Shown piece after piece: positions 47,388 through 56,076 of a stretch of DNA of 64,000 nucleotides. Where the stretch lies: sequence record PQ356295.1. One strand, 5' to 3'. A program made the position numbers and the translations under genes. Numbering within the stretch: the stretch's first letter is position 1; every line of letters starts with the position of its first letter. Origin of the DNA: Escherichia phage KKE7M. The notes beneath the pieces were generated by a model. That model saw nothing but the letters and a program-made list of their open reading frames with translations. It made no database searches and was not told the DNA's origin.

Positions 47388-47492
47388 TTACTTTTTTAAA
47401 CTTCTTTCAAAGAGAAGATCATCGATCTCAGAAACAATAAGCGTTATCAAAGGAATAATAACCGCCGCGCACATCATGGTAAGAATAATCAT
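47388..47492 (-). CDS. small hydrophobic peptide (34 aa)
   Basis: MIILTMMCAAVIIPLITLIV...; preceded by cassette at 47511. Confidence 0.3.
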   Translation of the reverse strand: MIILTMMCAAVIIPLITLIVSEIDDLLFERSLKK

Positions 47493-47510
47493 TTTAGTTC
47501 TCTCTATTCT

Positions 47511-47570
47511 GGCGGGAAACCATTTCCCGCCCTACGTGGTACACTTTACCAGATAACCGCATATTGTCAA
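47511..47570 (-). promoter_or_regulatory. promoter plus stem-loop cassette (GGCGGGAAATGGTTTCCCGCC)
   Basis: Hairpin 47511-47531; TTGACA rc at 47565-47570. Confidence 0.55.
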
Positions 47571-47571
47571 A

Positions 47572-47766
47572 CTATTTTTTACAAGGGATCAGTAAACTTC
47601 TCGCTACTGCTTCACGAAAACCTTTACTTTTTATTAGATCTATTGTTGCAGGGTGACAAGTAAAAGCCTTTGACCATTTTTGATCACCTGGTTTACGGGC
47701 GAAAATGTATACTTCCCCGTCAATTTCATCCCAACGAGTATTGCTTGTTAGTTTTTTAAGCGCCAT
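47572..47766 (-). CDS. hypothetical protein (64 aa)
   Basis: Start refined to MALKKLTS. Confidence 0.45.
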   Translation of the reverse strand: MALKKLTSNTRWDEIDGEVYIFARKPGDQKWSKAFTCHPATIDLIKSKGFREAVARSLLIPCKK

Positions 47767-47789
47767 GATGATTTCTCTTTTAGTTGTGA

Positions 47790-47845
47790 GCGGCACTATT
47801 GCCGCCCTACGCAATACATTCTACCCTATTTATAATTGTTGTCAA
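47790..47845 (-). promoter_or_regulatory. promoter plus stem-loop cassette (GCGGCAATAGTGCCGC variant)
   Basis: TTGACA-N16-TAGAAT then hairpin. Confidence 0.5.
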
Positions 47846-47846
47846 A

Positions 47847-48116
47847 CTATTTTTTCAAGCTCGCCCAGTCAAAACACGGCGGGATCTCGTTAAAACTTGT
47901 GCCCTGTAAAGCACATAATTTTTTAGCAATAGCCGCCGTGACCTGGCGCTGTACGCGCGGATCTGCTACTGATTGGAGAAAGTAGGCGGCTTTATATGTG
48001 ATCATGCTTTCGCCTGTTTCCTTGTTAACATGATGCACTATTTTAGCCTTATCATCTTTTACCAGGGTGTAACCGGATTCGATGGCCTTGATTGCAACGT
48101 CCAATGATATTTTCAT
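47847..48116 (-). CDS. hypothetical protein (89 aa)
   Basis: ORF. Confidence 0.45.
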   Translation of the reverse strand: MKISLDVAIKAIESGYTLVKDDKAKIVHHVNKETGESMITYKAAYFLQSVADPRVQRQVTAAIAKKLCALQGTSFNEIPPCFDWASLKK

Positions 48117-48162
48117 GATTTATCTCTTTATTGATGGCGGGGAATACTCCCCGCCTTATTAA

Positions 48163-48333
48163 TTACTCTTCATCGTCGCCGTTGTAGTATTCAATGCCGT
48201 TTTCATCGGTTACGGTAATATTAACGCCACCGATAGCAACACGATCACGGGCAAACGTCATGGCTTCATTTAAATCTTCAGACCAAAAAATATTGTGACC
48301 TTTGCGCGATACGTAAAACATAGTCGGGATCAT
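48163..48333 (-). CDS. hypothetical protein (56 aa)
   Basis: Below cutoff; preceded by cassette at 48357. Confidence 0.35.
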   Translation of the reverse strand: MIPTMFYVSRKGHNIFWSEDLNEAMTFARDRVAIGGVNITVTDENGIEYYNGDDEE

Positions 48334-48356
48334 GATTTGTTTCTCTTCTGCTGTGA

Positions 48357-48416
48357 GCGGGAAACCATTTCCCGCCCTATGTGATAAACTTTACTACGTT
48401 GTTTGCCTACTGTCAA
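48357..48416 (-). promoter_or_regulatory. promoter plus stem-loop cassette
   Basis: Hairpin GCGGGAAACCATTTCCCGC 48357-48375; TTGACA rc 48411-48416. Confidence 0.55.
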
Positions 48417-48417
48417 A

Positions 48418-48702
48418 TTATTTTTTAATGTTTTGCCCTACAAAATTGATCACATCTTTAAGCTGTTTCTCAGTCATGATCGTGCCTGGTAGTTCCTCTT
48501 TGATTTCTTGCGGTAAATAGATATTACCGCGCCAGGTTAATAAACAACCGTTTTGATCTTCGCAGATAGAATAAGAGAAGATCCACTCATTATCATTCTC
48601 AAGCTCCCAAAAGCACAAAAAATCTTCTTTCCCTAAGTTTTCAACGGTTAAGCATAAGCCGCGACGTGCTGCATAGTTGGAAAGTGCTTTTGTGATCTTC
48701 AT
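48418..48702 (-). CDS. hypothetical protein (94 aa)
   Basis: ORF. Confidence 0.45.
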   Translation of the reverse strand: MKITKALSNYAARRGLCLTVENLGKEDFLCFWELENDNEWIFSYSICEDQNGCLLTWRGNIYLPQEIKEELPGTIMTEKQLKDVINFVGQNIKK

Positions 48703-48721
48703 ATCTTATCTCTTCTGTTAA

Positions 48722-48784
48722 GGCGGGAAAACCATTTCCCCGCTCTATGAGATACAATATACCCCTTATCAGGTGTGCTGTCAA
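48722..48784 (-). promoter_or_regulatory. promoter plus stem-loop cassette
   Basis: Hairpin 48722-48743; TTGACA rc 48779-48784. Confidence 0.5.
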
Positions 48785-49108
48785 TCAATAATCTTTAATA
48801 TTTTCCACATTTACAAAAGTGTGTTTATTTTCTAAGTTTTCGCCGTACCATTGCCCAATGTTGATTTCTGCGGTGCGCAACCAGGACATGCCGCGTTCTA
48901 TCTTTTTGCTTGCAATGTCGATCCGGCTTTTACATAGTGCTTTCGCTTGCAATGTAAAAACACTATTGCCCTGTAATGCTTCCAGGTCATCATGTGCAAG
49001 GCGATACTCTTTAAAGCCTGATTCTATCATTTCAATAGCATCAAGTAAACGCGCGCGATGATAGAAAAAATCAGAGTTATCCAAATAAACACCGATCACA
49101 GATTTCAT
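48785..49108 (-). CDS. hypothetical protein (107 aa)
   Basis: Start refined to MKSVIGVYL. Confidence 0.45.
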   Translation of the reverse strand: MKSVIGVYLDNSDFFYHRARLLDAIEMIESGFKEYRLAHDDLEALQGNSVFTLQAKALCKSRIDIASKKIERGMSWLRTAEINIGQWYGENLENKHTFVNVENIKDY

Positions 49109-49437
49109 AATTTTACCCTTTTGTTTGCGGCCTTTGCCGTTTTCAAGATATAGTTTAAAGCATAACAAAAAATTGTCAAGCCTTTAAAGCGTACAACTAT
49201 AAAACCTATTAAAACACAATGTATAACAACATGGCTATAGTAGCAATACAACATAAAGCCATGCTTGTTTTCCTTCCTTCCTCGTATGCTGGATTTATTA
49301 CGCTATATTGTACGGGAATAATTTTCATGCTGTTTCCTTAATGTCTTAAAACGTGGTTTACAATAGAAACAAGTATACAGAAGAAAAAAGATCCTGACAA
49401 TAAGATCCCGAAAAATAAATGTAAATAGGGCATGGTT

Positions 49438-49740
49438 TTACTCCTTAAAAAAATCATTGACAATTAAACTGATAACGCCCAGCACCAGATCACCAGGTAG
49501 CGCCGCGCTTTCGTTGTTGCTTGTTTGCACTTCCTCACTAGTACCAGCATGATAGATTGCATGGTAAGCAATAGTATAATAACCTTTCGTTATTTCTTTA
49601 AGATTAATGATTAGCACGTTATTTGTTTCATCTTGAAACAATTTAGCGGTGATAGTATTGTTTTCTTTTACACTATCGACTTTTATTGATGGATCATTTA
49701 CACCAGAAAAAAGAAAAAACGTTTTAGCTATGCCGTTCAT
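49438..49740 (-). CDS. hypothetical protein (100 aa)
   Basis: ORF with GGAG RBS. Confidence 0.45.
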   Translation of the reverse strand: MNGIAKTFFLFSGVNDPSIKVDSVKENNTITAKLFQDETNNVLIINLKEITKGYYTIAYHAIYHAGTSEEVQTSNNESAALPGDLVLGVISLIVNDFFKE

Positions 49741-49787
49741 GTAGTTCTCCTTTGTTGTGTGTATCTTATAACGTGCTTTCTATGTTG

Positions 49788-50189
49788 TCAATCTTTTATT
49801 TCGGTGCATTTTGCTAGGGTATACGTTGCAAGTGCTGACACTAGTTTTTCATTGTTACGATCTGCGGCTGTACTGTGTACTTTTTGGATACTTTTTAACC
49901 ACGGTGTAAAATTTTGAGTAGTGAGCACACTGGTAATAATTTCACATGGCACGTTTTCATTTAAGCCATTAACAATAGATTTATCTATTTTTGCCGTTAA
50001 TTGTGTAACAGCACCATAAGCGATCATGTGTGAATCCTCCATGATTTCATCGGGGATCGCATTATTAATGATCATGACGTTTTCCATTGCATCAACGGCG
50101 CTTAATTCTGCTACTGTGGAGGATATCGCCGCGTGAGATGTTCCAACCATGCCAAAAGAGATTAAACCAGCGATCAATAATTTTTTCAT
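49788..50189 (-). CDS. secreted/periplasmic protein with signal peptide (133 aa)
   Basis: MKKLLIAGLISFGMVGTSHA signal-like N-terminus. Confidence 0.5.
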   Translation of the reverse strand: MKKLLIAGLISFGMVGTSHAAISSTVAELSAVDAMENVMIINNAIPDEIMEDSHMIAYGAVTQLTAKIDKSIVNGLNENVPCEIITSVLTTQNFTPWLKSIQKVHSTAADRNNEKLVSALATYTLAKCTEIKD

Positions 50190-50197
50190 TTCTTGCC

Positions 50198-50440
50198 TCA
50201 TATATGTTTTATTGAGATTATATTGTCACTATATACAACGTTTTTCAACGTGTCAATAAAAATTTTATTGTCTTCAATCCCCAGGATCACGCCGCTAGTT
50301 ATAAAGCCATATTGATCACGATATCTGGCGCATAACCTTTGCCCCTGGGCTAGTGCCTTGCTTATTTCGTCTAATTTCATTTTTAAAGCTCCTGTAAAGC
50401 CGTCTAACGTTGATTTATAGGCTTGCCCTGGCGTTACCAT
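50198..50440 (-). CDS. hypothetical protein (80 aa)
   Basis: ORF. Confidence 0.45.
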   Translation of the reverse strand: MVTPGQAYKSTLDGFTGALKMKLDEISKALAQGQRLCARYRDQYGFITSGVILGIEDNKIFIDTLKNVVYSDNIISIKHI

Positions 50441-50472
50441 TGCCTATGGGTAACAAGCCTCTATATAAGCTA

Positions 50473-50497
50473 AAAGGGCGCTTATTGCGCCCTTTTT
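50473..50497. terminator. terminator hairpin AAAGGGCGC-TTATT-GCGCCCTTTTT
   Basis: Perfect hairpin with T tract. Confidence 0.6.
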
Positions 50498-50498
50498 G

Positions 50499-50636
50499 TT
50501 ATTCGTTCCAGTGTCTTTTTGTGCTGCGATCTCTTTTTGTTTTGTTCCGCTTATCGCCTTTCTTGGTAATCTCTTCGTTCCAATTTTTACGCGCCTTGCT
50601 GCGGTTGAATTTTTCGATCTGCTGTGATGCGTTCAT
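50499..50636 (-). CDS. small highly basic protein (45 aa)
   Basis: Lys/Arg-rich; short. Confidence 0.3.
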   Translation of the reverse strand: MNASQQIEKFNRSKARKNWNEEITKKGDKRNKTKRDRSTKRHWNE

Positions 50637-50651
50637 GTTTTTTCCTCTTAA

Positions 50652-51011
50652 TTACGCAACGTTATGCTGTTTTGCCAGGGTTACAATCATGCTTGCAATA
50701 TATAACCAATAATTTTCCCTCTCACGGGTAACGGTTGTTTCTTTGCTTGTTTCTTTTATGTACTTCCATTCAATTAACAAGTGATCGATCTCGTTATAAT
50801 CAAAAGCAATATTGACTTCTGACGGTAAACCTTGTAACCATGAGGCTATTGCCTTGATCACGTTATAATTGTAACGTTTTTGATTATCGGGATACCAGTA
50901 TTCAGAGTTAAAACGGCGCATCAGTTCGGTGATCTTTTCTTTTTCGGTTGTAGTACCATCAAAAGAAATAGCCGACACAATGTAAGTTTTAATTGCTTTT
51001 ACTGATTTCAT
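50652..51011 (-). CDS. hypothetical protein (119 aa)
   Basis: ORF. Confidence 0.5.
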   Translation of the reverse strand: MKSVKAIKTYIVSAISFDGTTTEKEKITELMRRFNSEYWYPDNQKRYNYNVIKAIASWLQGLPSEVNIAFDYNEIDHLLIEWKYIKETSKETTVTRERENYWLYIASMIVTLAKQHNVA

Positions 51012-51031
51012 AATCTTATCTCTTTATTGAT

Positions 51032-51090
51032 GGCGGGAAACCATTTCCCGCCGTTGTTGTTACTTTACTTATAAATGATGCTACTGTCAA
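51032..51090 (-). promoter_or_regulatory. promoter plus stem-loop cassette
   Basis: Hairpin GGCGGGAAACCATTTCCCGCC 51032-51052; TTGACA-N17-TAAAGT. Confidence 0.55.
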
Positions 51091-51097
51091 GCGAATA

Positions 51098-51268
51098 TTA
51101 TTTATTTTTTAACGTTAATGTTCCCAGCTTATCAGCGTGACGCAGACCAGGAAAGATCCATTTTCCTGATTCATCTTTCACCGGGGCTTTAAGCGTAGCG
51201 CCCAGGTTGGCGGCGTTAACTTTACGTGCAACGTTGCGAGCGGCTTCACGGGTGGCGAAAGTGATCAT
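51098..51268 (-). CDS. hypothetical protein (56 aa)
   Basis: Below cutoff; preceded by cassette at 51292. Confidence 0.35.
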   Translation of the reverse strand: MITFATREAARNVARKVNAANLGATLKAPVKDESGKWIFPGLRHADKLGTLTLKNK

Positions 51269-51291
51269 GATGTTTCCTCTTCTCTTTGTTA

Positions 51292-51354
51292 GGCGGTGGG
51301 CTATTCCACCGCCTTAATGAATATAATTTACTTTATTGATGGCCCTGGAGTCAA
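51292..51354 (-). promoter_or_regulatory. promoter plus stem-loop cassette (hairpin GGCGGTGG...CCACCGCC)
   Basis: TTGACT-N18-TAAATT then hairpin. Confidence 0.5.
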
Positions 51355-51372
51355 GGCCATCTAAAAATAAAT

Positions 51373-51714
51373 TTACTCGTTTTCTTCCAGCTCTGAAAGA
51401 TCTTCTTTCACTTCTTCGAGCTCTGTCTGCAATTCTTGGTACTCTTCATCGTCCTCAATATCCAGGCTGCCGATGTAGTCGCTAAATCCGCAGCGGTAAG
51501 CGATAGGATCTAACTCCTTGAGGATACGCGACGGAAGAAAAGAAATGTCTCCGATCATAATTTCGCCGTAGATCTCGTCTAACCATTCATCATAGTTTTC
51601 GTCGTACTTGTCCTCGTCGATTTCAAAGTTATCGATCTTGTTCTCAAGGTCTGCGATCTGTTTTTTCAGCGCGGCGATCTGCATAGCTTTTTCTGCGGCG
51701 GTCATAGTAGTCAT
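51373..51714 (-). CDS. hypothetical acidic coiled-coil protein (113 aa)
   Basis: ORF. Confidence 0.5.
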   Translation of the reverse strand: MTTMTAAEKAMQIAALKKQIADLENKIDNFEIDEDKYDENYDEWLDEIYGEIMIGDISFLPSRILKELDPIAYRCGFSDYIGSLDIEDDEEYQELQTELEEVKEDLSELEENE

Positions 51715-51739
51715 GGTGTTTTCTCCTTTTGTGTATTCT

Positions 51740-51793
51740 GGGAAGTTTTCCCGTTTACGTGTTTAAGTATATCGATTTTAGTTATCTTGTCAA
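51740..51793 (-). promoter_or_regulatory. promoter plus short stem-loop (GGGAA-GTT-TTCCC)
   Basis: TTGACA rc at 51788-51793. Confidence 0.4.
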
Positions 51794-51801
51794 TATTATT
51801 T

Positions 51802-52029
51802 TTAGTTTAACTGATCCAGGCACAACAAGCGATCAACATTTAGATCGGTTAGGCTAATCGTTGGCACTTGGTAGGCTTCGATGTACTCAACGCTCGACCA
51901 TTGCCCAAAGTTAGCGACCGCCCAGCTATTCAAGGAGGAGTGAAGATCATCCCCTTTCTTCTCGGTGATAACTGCTACTACCTGGGATATTCCAACCGTG
52001 CCGGATACGCGAACAATAACGATAGCCAT
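51802..52029 (-). CDS. hypothetical protein (75 aa)
   Basis: ORF. Confidence 0.45.
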   Translation of the reverse strand: MAIVIVRVSGTVGISQVVAVITEKKGDDLHSSLNSWAVANFGQWSSVEYIEAYQVPTISLTDLNVDRLLCLDQLN

Positions 52030-52051
52030 AATGTTAACCTTTCTTTGATTT

Positions 52052-52111
52052 GGCGGGAAACCATTTCCCGCCCTATGCGATAAACTATACCAGATTAAAA
52101 AACGTTGTCAA
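52052..52111 (-). promoter_or_regulatory. promoter plus stem-loop cassette
   Basis: TTGACA-N16-TATAGT then GGCGGGAAATGGTTTCCCGCC. Confidence 0.55.
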
Positions 52112-52120
52112 CTGCTTTTA

Positions 52121-52360
52121 TTACATTCCTACCATAGCGGCGCGGATACTGGTTTTACTGAATTTATAGCCATCTGGCGTAGTATTTTGGCCCATTTCGT
52201 TAAGTAGTGACATCATTTCACGCGCGGCGTTATCTTTATTGTTGTTCACGGCTATAAATTCTTTTGCCATATTATAAAAACCTGGATCGTTATTAATCCA
52301 AAGGCTTACATTCCAATGAGTTTTATTTTTGTGACCGTTGTACATTTTAGATTTAGCCAT
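52121..52360 (-). CDS. hypothetical protein (79 aa)
   Basis: ORF. Confidence 0.45.
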   Translation of the reverse strand: MAKSKMYNGHKNKTHWNVSLWINNDPGFYNMAKEFIAVNNNKDNAAREMMSLLNEMGQNTTPDGYKFSKTSIRAAMVGM

Positions 52361-52384
52361 GATGTTAATCTCTTTTTCAGTGAG

Positions 52385-52442
52385 GCGGGAACTATTCCCG
52401 CTCTCGATATAAGTATTATATGCTTTTTATTCGTGCTGTCAA
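52385..52442 (-). promoter_or_regulatory. promoter plus stem-loop cassette
   Basis: TTGACA-N16-TATAAT (perfect -10) then GCGGGAATAGTTCCCGC. Confidence 0.55.
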
Positions 52443-52448
52443 TGCTTT

Positions 52449-52814
52449 TTATAAATCTTTTTTGCGTTTAACATCGCTTGCATGACTGTATACAGCGATC
52501 CCATTGTCACGGCAAAAACGGGAAAGGTAAGCATAATTTGAAAAGTCTTTACCTTCCAGGTTGATAACCTTGCTAAACTCTTCCAGGGCAACGGTATCAA
52601 AATGATCACCATAACCATATTGAAACGGAACGTTAACGACTTCAATCAGTTTACCGCCGATCTCAACGTCAACCATCAAAGAGAAATAAGTATTACCATA
52701 CGACTTTTGAAACCAGCGACGGGCGCTAATATGTACCGCTTCAATGCTGGATAGCTCAATTTTAGCAGTGTTAGCCAGGGTAGCATAAGCAGAAACATTG
52801 ATATTTTTAGCCAT
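52449..52814 (-). CDS. hypothetical protein (121 aa)
   Basis: ORF. Confidence 0.5.
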   Translation of the reverse strand: MAKNINVSAYATLANTAKIELSSIEAVHISARRWFQKSYGNTYFSLMVDVEIGGKLIEVVNVPFQYGYGDHFDTVALEEFSKVINLEGKDFSNYAYLSRFCRDNGIAVYSHASDVKRKKDL

Positions 52815-52909
52815 AGTCTTTAATCTCTTTTGATTAGTTAGGAGTATTCCCGATAAAAGTTATTATGCTTGTGCTATCGTTCGTTGTCAATAGCACAAGA
52901 CTAAAACTT

Positions 52910-53089
52910 TTAACGATAATCATCATAGGCTTTATTGACCTGGCGAATATAGCATTCAAAAGCTAGATCAATAGATTTATATTCACGGATATAATCACCA
53001 TAGGAAACCACATACATTTCTATAGCTTCCTCATATGCCAGGATGATAGAATCTAAACCTACGATCTCAGTCTTTGCAATAATAGCCAT
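52910..53089 (-). CDS. hypothetical protein (59 aa)
   Basis: Below cutoff; own promoter TTGACA (rc 53149-53154) and TATAAT. Confidence 0.35.
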   Translation of the reverse strand: MAIIAKTEIVGLDSIILAYEEAIEMYVVSYGDYIREYKSIDLAFECYIRQVNKAYDDYR

Positions 53090-53176
53090 GCTTTTATTCC
53101 TTAGTAATGTTTCAATCTATATAAGCATTATAGCTTACTGATTTCAGGTGTCAAGTGATTTTTTATTTCACCTTAT

Positions 53177-53232
53177 GGGGCGTTGCCCCGCTTTATGTGG
53201 TACATATTACGGGGCTTATTTGCATATGTCAA
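53177..53232 (-). promoter_or_regulatory. promoter plus stem-loop cassette (GGGGC-GTT-GCCCC)
   Basis: TTGACA rc 53227-53232. Confidence 0.45.
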
Positions 53233-53235
53233 GCC

Positions 53236-53790
53236 TTACACAATGCAATTTTCATAATTTTTTAGGGCTTGTCTTTTTTCCTCTTCTGTCGGCATGTATG
53301 GCTGGATCTCTTCCTCTTCCAGAGTAGGCATGATTTCTTCCTCTTCCTCCTGGTCGCCCTGGTCTTCCTCTTGCGCTATGGTAACAAGTTTATTGATCTT
53401 CTCCTGGGCTTTAATCAATTTTGCATCTAGCACCATTTTAGCGGTGTTGTATACAGTCCAGGCCATGCGCTTTTCTTCGTATGCCTTATCTAGTGCGGCT
53501 AATTTAGCGGGATACTCTTCCAACACCTTAAAAGCCGGATCAATGTTGTACAAGGGATTATTTTTAGCGTCATCGCTTGGATCTGCGGCGCTTGCAATGT
53601 CAGCGTTACCATTCGCCAGCCATCCAGGACGAACGGATCGCGTCCTGGTGTTGCCGTTGCTCTTTGCCGCTCGATTTCCTATCTGCTCCCCGCTATACCC
53701 TACCATGTGATCGATCATGTCATCTGGTATTATGCGCGGATCATTTGCGTCATGCTTTACCCAGGACTGGATCACATATTCACGCCCCAT
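53236..53790 (-). CDS. hypothetical protein with acidic C-terminal tail (184 aa)
   Basis: ORF. Confidence 0.5.
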   Translation of the reverse strand: MGREYVIQSWVKHDANDPRIIPDDMIDHMVGYSGEQIGNRAAKSNGNTRTRSVRPGWLANGNADIASAADPSDDAKNNPLYNIDPAFKVLEEYPAKLAALDKAYEEKRMAWTVYNTAKMVLDAKLIKAQEKINKLVTIAQEEDQGDQEEEEEIMPTLEEEEIQPYMPTEEEKRQALKNYENCIV

Positions 53791-53791
53791 G

Positions 53792-54052
53792 CTAGTTCGC
53801 CTCTTCTGTTAGTAGTTTACATACCTTAAACATGCTTGCAGCGTCTTTTGACGGTAGCCAGCCTATTCGATACACTCCAGGATCTGGATTAGTTACATCA
53901 GTCAGTTGCGCGTTGCGATGATTAAAAATAGTGTAACCGCCGCCAGCACGGGGATAAACATTATCTTTAAACCTGATAGCGTATCTCGCCAGGTCGAACG
54001 TTGTAGCATGTTCAAAAGCGATCACATTATCAAAAACTTTTAGAAAAAACAA
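53792..54052 (-). CDS. hypothetical protein (86 aa)
   Basis: TTG start after GGGGAGGA. Confidence 0.45.
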   Translation of the reverse strand: MFFLKVFDNVIAFEHATTFDLARYAIRFKDNVYPRAGGGYTIFNHRNAQLTDVTNPDPGVYRIGWLPSKDAASMFKVCKLLTEEAN

Positions 54053-54220
54053 GATTATCCTCCCCAGCGTTTAAAGCCCGTTGCACGGTTATTTTTTAGC
54101 TCTCGTTTTAGTCTCTTGCAACGGTTTACAAGTGCAAACCGTGCCGGAGTCGTAACAGTAGCGCCGTTTTTGGTATGAATACTCATTACATATTGTTTCA
54201 TAAAGTTTTATCCTATATAA

Positions 54221-54273
54221 GCGGGAACAATTCCCGCTTTAAGATAGCTTATCAGGTTTTAGTGCAATGTCAA
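54221..54273 (-). promoter_or_regulatory. promoter plus stem-loop cassette
   Basis: Hairpin GCGGGAACAATTCCCGC 54221-54237; TTGACA rc 54268-54273. Confidence 0.5.
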
Positions 54274-54279
54274 CCGTTT

Positions 54280-54642
54280 TTATTCGTAAATTTTACCGCT
54301 TTCTACCCATACCATAACACGGCGCATGTTATCCCATGCATCTTGTTGCAGATTTAAGGCATGCAATTCTTCCGTGGTGCTCATACCTAGAACGGGCTTG
54401 CTATATGTTACAAAGAGATCGCCAGCATATTCATAAGCCAGGGTAAGATCACATTGAATCATCTTTTTAATCATAGCATCAAGCATCATATTAGCGGCAT
54501 GTTGATCACGTTTCAGCGGTAACGTTGCGATCTGTGTGCGATAGCTTTCGATCCGTGCATCCACTGCATCACGCGAAAGGTTTTTCACGTCATCGCGGAA
54601 AGATACCAGATTAAACATGATAGTATTGATTTGCTTGCTCAT
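54280..54642 (-). CDS. hypothetical protein (120 aa)
   Basis: ORF. Confidence 0.5.
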   Translation of the reverse strand: MSKQINTIMFNLVSFRDDVKNLSRDAVDARIESYRTQIATLPLKRDQHAANMMLDAMIKKMIQCDLTLAYEYAGDLFVTYSKPVLGMSTTEELHALNLQQDAWDNMRRVMVWVESGKIYE

Positions 54643-54664
54643 TGTGTTACCCTTTCTTTGATTT

Positions 54665-54724
54665 GGCGGGAAACCATTTCCCGCCTTATGTGGTATATAT
54701 TACCAGATTATTTTTCAGTGTCAA
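54665..54724 (-). promoter_or_regulatory. promoter plus stem-loop cassette
   Basis: Hairpin 54665-54685; TTGACA rc 54719-54724. Confidence 0.55.
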
Positions 54725-54727
54725 GCC

Positions 54728-55000
54728 TTAAAACAAAAATGCTATATCTTGCGCTTTTAGTGTAGTGTCGATCATTTTCGGGCTTTTATAATCGACAAAG
54801 CGCGCGGTTTTTTCAATAACGAAGCCGAGGTAATCTTGTTTATTGAAATCACATTCTTTTTTAAATGTTTCCCGTGCCACTGTGATCGCTGCGTCCAGGG
54901 ATAAACGTCCATCAATATTGATGTTAGCGAAAGATCCGCCACCGCGCATAGGTTTACCAGTGATACCCTTTACGATCATTGATGCGCTATATGATGCCAT
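54728..55000 (-). CDS. hypothetical protein (90 aa)
   Basis: ORF. Confidence 0.45.
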   Translation of the reverse strand: MASYSASMIVKGITGKPMRGGGSFANINIDGRLSLDAAITVARETFKKECDFNKQDYLGFVIEKTARFVDYKSPKMIDTTLKAQDIAFLF

Positions 55001-55024
55001 GATTATTTCTCTCTTCTGTTATGA

Positions 55025-55080
55025 GCGGCACTATTGCCGCCCTATGTGATACATCTTATCAGATTAAAAAACGTTGTCAA
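55025..55080 (-). promoter_or_regulatory. promoter plus stem-loop cassette
   Basis: TTGACA-N16-TAAGAT then GCGGCAATAGTGCCGC. Confidence 0.5.
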
Positions 55081-55089
55081 GAATATTTT

Positions 55090-55185
55090 TTAGAAAATAA
55101 CAACCGCTACTACAATCCAAAATGGAACGGCTAGAATGATAGCGTTAATCGTTCCAACCGTCAAGCTGTTTTCTTTCTTGATCAT
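55090..55185 (-). CDS. small membrane peptide (31 aa)
   Basis: Hydrophobic; strong promoter TTGACG-N17-TATTAT upstream; short. Confidence 0.3.
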   Translation of the reverse strand: MIKKENSLTVGTINAIILAVPFWIVVAVVIF

Positions 55186-55451
55186 CGTTATCAACCTTTT
55201 ATAAGTAATGTTATTGTGACGGTGGATTGTGGAGATCCTCACCTTTGCCCGTCCTGCATTGCACCCGCCTTTTATTTATTGTCGTTGTGCCTTGCCCCCC
55301 TCGACAAGATGAATAATATGTTATTACCCTGGTAACGTCAACCATTTTTTTAATCTTTTTTCATTTCTTTTTTGCTTGCTATCTATAAAGGAAACGGCTA
55401 TTATCTTTCTACCGCGCCAACCAGGGCGCACATCAAAGAAAGGGCGATACC

Positions 55452-55718
55452 ATGACAAATACTCCTTTACATCTCATGCACTCATTGGGCTGGCAAGGCG
55501 GCACGGTGCACCAGGTAGCAAGCGCAACGGGCTTAAAGGTTGAAACCGTTCTCAACCTGGGCGATCATAAGGTGGAAGAGATAGATCATTTTGATACGTT
55601 CGCAAATGGTTATCTATGGGCTTGCAGTGGCGGCGGGGAAAGCAAGATCCCACCAGGGGCGCGGGGCGACATGTATTTTTGGTTAGGTGTCCTATCCTGG
55701 CAAGAAAACAAAAAATAA
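55452..55718 (+). CDS. hypothetical protein (88 aa)
   Basis: ORF; promoter-like TTGCTA-N17-TATTAT upstream. Confidence 0.45.
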   Translation: MTNTPLHLMHSLGWQGGTVHQVASATGLKVETVLNLGDHKVEEIDHFDTFANGYLWACSGGGESKIPPGARGDMYFWLGVLSWQENKK

Positions 55719-55721
55719 TCT

Positions 55722-55750
55722 TGACAAGCCCAGGGATCGGGCTTATACTG
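55722..55750 (+). promoter_or_regulatory. sigma70-like promoter TTGACA-N17-TATACT
   Basis: Points into ORF-free Fur-box/repeat region. Confidence 0.4.
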
Positions 55751-55981
55751 TTTTACATACAGAAGAGGAAGCGCCACCCCCACGGCGTAAAGGCGGGGCT
55801 AACATACCAGGGGGGCACTGGTTGGAAGGTTGATCGCCGGTAGCTCGTCTAAAATAAATTTGTAAAGAAATGTAAAGATAAAAATAATCGCTTGCTTTTG
55901 TTGTTGGTTATGCTATTCTTATTGTATGGCGAGGGGACACGGGAGCGCGAGACAAACACCACCCCTGCGCGTTATTCTCTA

Positions 55982-56000
55982 AATGAGAAAAATTCTCATT
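55982..56000. promoter_or_regulatory. palindrome AATGAGAA-AAA-TTCTCATT
   Basis: Perfect inverted repeat related to adjacent Fur-box-like sites. Confidence 0.4.
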
Positions 56001-56024
56001 TGCTAACGATTCTCATTCTCTTAC

Positions 56025-56039
56025 TGAGAATGATTATCA
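56025..56039. promoter_or_regulatory. Fur-box-like palindrome TGAGAATGATTATCA
   Basis: 14/15 match to 7-1-7 consensus. Confidence 0.5.
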
Positions 56040-56053
56040 CTTACATAATTAAA

Positions 56054-56068
56054 TGATAATGATTCTCA
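56054..56068. promoter_or_regulatory. Fur-box-like palindrome TGATAATGATTCTCA
   Basis: 14/15 match. Confidence 0.5.
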
Positions 56069-56076
56069 TTTACAAA

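Noticed and set aside
53294-53795. Plus-strand ORFs 53294-53710 and 53577-53795
   Set aside because: Antisense to the 184-aa minus-strand gene; Ser/Ala/Leu-rich low-complexity translation.
46529-54685. ATG codons inside the conserved stem-loops used as ORF starts by the track (e.g. 46541, 47814, 49168)
   Set aside because: The ATG is part of the palindromic hairpin (GGCGGGAAATGGTTTCCCGCC) and lacks an RBS; downstream internal ATGs with RBSs were used instead.
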